Source: Escherichia coli (GTDB lineage Bacteria > Pseudomonadota > Gammaproteobacteria > Enterobacterales > Enterobacteriaceae). Taken from it: a stretch of DNA of 360 nt. This document shows positions 1-360 of this stretch, one piece after another. Numbering within the stretch: the stretch's first letter is position 1; each line of letters begins with the position of its first letter. The notes below the pieces were generated by a model. The model did not search any database and was not told the origin of the DNA. It was given only the letters and a program-made list of their open reading frames with translations. Location of the stretch: NCBI RefSeq assembly GCF_003334255.1, contig NZ_QOWU01000253.1. One strand, given 5' to 3'. The translations under genes and the position numbers were made by a program.

Positions 1-77
1 GGCTACGTAGCTCAGTTGGTTAGAGCACATCACTCATAATGATGGGGTCACAGGTTCGAATCCCGTCGTAGCCACCA
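1..77 (+). tRNA. metT: tRNA-Met, elongator type, anticodon CAU (CAT at 35-37); complete 77-nt gene with encoded CCA
   Basis: Acceptor stem 1-7 GGCTACG pairs perfectly with 67-73 CGTAGCC; discriminator A74; CCA at 75-77. Anticodon stem 28-32 CATCA pairs with 40-44 TGATG; 7-nt loop 33-39 CTCATAA has T two positions before CAT and A after. D-arm motif AGCTCAGTTGGTTAGAGC; T-loop TTCGAAT at 55-61. A fully paired G1-C72 end excludes initiator tRNA-fMet, which has an unpaired C1. Matches my recollection of E. coli elongator tRNA-Met; symbol assumes the first gene of the metT operon. Confidence 0.93.
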
Positions 78-87
78 TCTTTTTTTT
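78..87 (+). other. 10-nt inter-tRNA spacer, TCT followed by a T7 run; likely single-stranded precursor-processing region
   Basis: Sequence TCTTTTTTTT lies between the CCA of tRNA-Met and G1 of tRNA-Leu. It is too short for any promoter, so the genes must be co-transcribed. U-rich single-stranded spacers are typical endonuclease (RNase E) entry sites in polycistronic tRNA precursors; that role is inferred, not visible in sequence. Confidence 0.5.
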
Positions 88-172
88 GCGGGAGTGGCGA
101 AATTGGTAGACGCACCAGATTTAGGTTCTGGCGCCGCAAGGTGTGCGAGTTCAAGTCTCGCCTCCCGCACCA
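88..172 (+). tRNA. leuW: tRNA-Leu, anticodon UAG (TAG at 122-124), class II tRNA with long variable arm; 85 nt with encoded CCA
   Basis: Acceptor stem 88-94 GCGGGAG pairs perfectly with 162-168 CTCCCGC; discriminator A169; CCA at 170-172. Anticodon stem 115-119 CCAGA pairs with 127-131 TCTGG; loop 120-126 TTTAGGT gives anticodon TAG. The 85-nt length implies a long variable arm (around 132-149), as expected for Leu. T-loop TTCAAGT around 150-156. Consistent with E. coli leuW (tRNA-Leu reading CUA/CUG). Confidence 0.92.
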
Positions 173-195
173 TTCACCAGAAAGCGTTGTACGGA
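173..195 (+). other. 23-nt inter-tRNA spacer between tRNA-Leu and tRNA-Gln
   Basis: Sequence TTCACCAGAAAGCGTTGTACGGA. No recognisable -35/-10 promoter pair fits in 23 nt and there is no obvious stable hairpin; consistent with a processing spacer in a polycistronic precursor. Confidence 0.5.
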
Positions 196-270
196 TGGGG
201 TATCGCCAAGCGGTAAGGCACCGGTTTTTGATACCGGCATTCCCTGGTTCGAATCCAGGTACCCCAGCCA
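196..270 (+). tRNA. glnU: tRNA-Gln, anticodon UUG (TTG at 228-230); 75 nt with encoded CCA
   Basis: Acceptor stem 196-202 TGGGGTA pairs perfectly with 260-266 TACCCCA, giving the U1-A72 pair typical of bacterial tRNA-Gln; discriminator G267; CCA at 268-270. Anticodon stem 221-225 CCGGT pairs with 233-237 ACCGG; loop 226-232 TTTTGAT gives anticodon TTG. T-loop TTCGAAT at 248-254. Matches the tRNA-Gln1 (UUG) isoacceptor; I cannot tell glnU from glnW by sequence alone. Confidence 0.92.
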
Positions 271-285
271 TCGAAGAAACAATCT
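271..285 (+). other. 15-nt A-rich inter-tRNA spacer between tRNA-Gln and the second tRNA-Met
   Basis: Sequence TCGAAGAAACAATCT, purine/A-rich and unstructured; same reasoning as the other spacers. Confidence 0.5.
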
Positions 286-360
286 GGCTACGTAGCTCAG
301 TTGGTTAGAGCACATCACTCATAATGATGGGGTCACAGGTTCGAATCCCGTCGTAGCCAC
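286..360 (+). tRNA. metU: tRNA-Met, elongator type, anticodon CAU (CAT at 320-322); partial, truncated by the window edge 2 nt before the end of the CCA
   Basis: Positions 286-360 are base-for-base identical to positions 1-75 of the first tRNA-Met. The window ends at the first C of the CCA, so the gene presumably continues 2 nt beyond 360. Symbol is tentative, assuming the second Met copy of the metT operon. Confidence 0.9.

Larger units (their letters stand above)
1..360 (+). repeat. Exact 75-nt direct repeat formed by the two tRNA-Met copies (1-75 and 286-360), period 285 bp
   Basis: Direct comparison of the two segments shows no mismatches over the 75 nt visible in both. The second copy is limited by the window edge, so the repeat probably covers the full 77-nt gene. 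Confidence 0.95.

Noticed and set aside
1-77. Initiator tRNA-fMet
   Set aside because: The acceptor stem has a fully paired G1-C72 end, and the anticodon stem lacks the three consecutive G-C pairs characteristic of initiator tRNA. This is elongator tRNA-Met.
60-88. Rho-independent terminator: tRNA-Met acceptor/T-arm helix followed by a T-run
   Set aside because: The helix is the tRNA's own acceptor stem, and CCA and TCT separate it from the T-run. The next tRNA starts immediately after the run with no promoter, so full termination here would silence three downstream genes. A processing spacer, with at most partial pausing, is the better explanation.
173-195. Internal promoter in the Leu-Gln spacer
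   Set aside because: At 23 nt it is too short to hold -35 and -10 elements with proper spacing, and no TATAAT-like hexamer is present.
20-271. 83-aa + strand ORF from the six-frame track as a possible CDS
   Set aside because: It completely overlaps three well-supported tRNA genes on the same strand, has no Shine-Dalgarno sequence, and its start codon lies inside a tRNA D-arm. It is a chance open frame in structured RNA sequence.
1-360. CRISPR-like array, given repeated units separated by short spacers
   Set aside because: Only one sequence is repeated (75 nt, twice). The intervening units are different tRNAs of 85 and 75 nt with full cloverleaf structure. Repeat length and spacing do not fit CRISPR architecture.
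286-360. tRNA gene as an integration (att) site for a genomic island or prophage
   Set aside because: tRNA 3' ends are common integrase targets, but the window shows no partial tRNA 3'-end duplication, no integrase gene and no foreign flank. The second Met copy is a full-length operon member cut off only by the window edge.

Overview
The whole window is a tightly packed, co-oriented tRNA gene array on the + strand: tRNA-Met (elongator, anticodon CAU) at 1-77, tRNA-Leu (UAG) at 88-172, tRNA-Gln (UUG) at 196-270, and a second, identical tRNA-Met copy at 286-360 that is cut off by the window edge 2 nt before the end of its CCA. Spacers are only 10, 23 and 15 nt. Each gene has a perfectly complementary 7-bp acceptor stem, a 5-bp anticodon stem with a 7-nt loop, a TTCGAAT T-loop and an encoded 3' CCA. 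From memory, the sequences and order resemble the enterobacterial metT-leuW-glnU...metU operon (E. coli/Shigella/Salmonella-like), but I could not run a search and the gene symbols are tentative. There is no protein-coding gene here: the 83-aa ORF in the supplied track runs straight through three tRNA genes and is an artefact. I see no evidence of a novel biological system; this is a conserved housekeeping tRNA operon. The only points worth a second look are the exact 75-nt direct repeat and a possible tRNA-Gln copy-number difference relative to the E. coli K-12 arrangement as I recall it.
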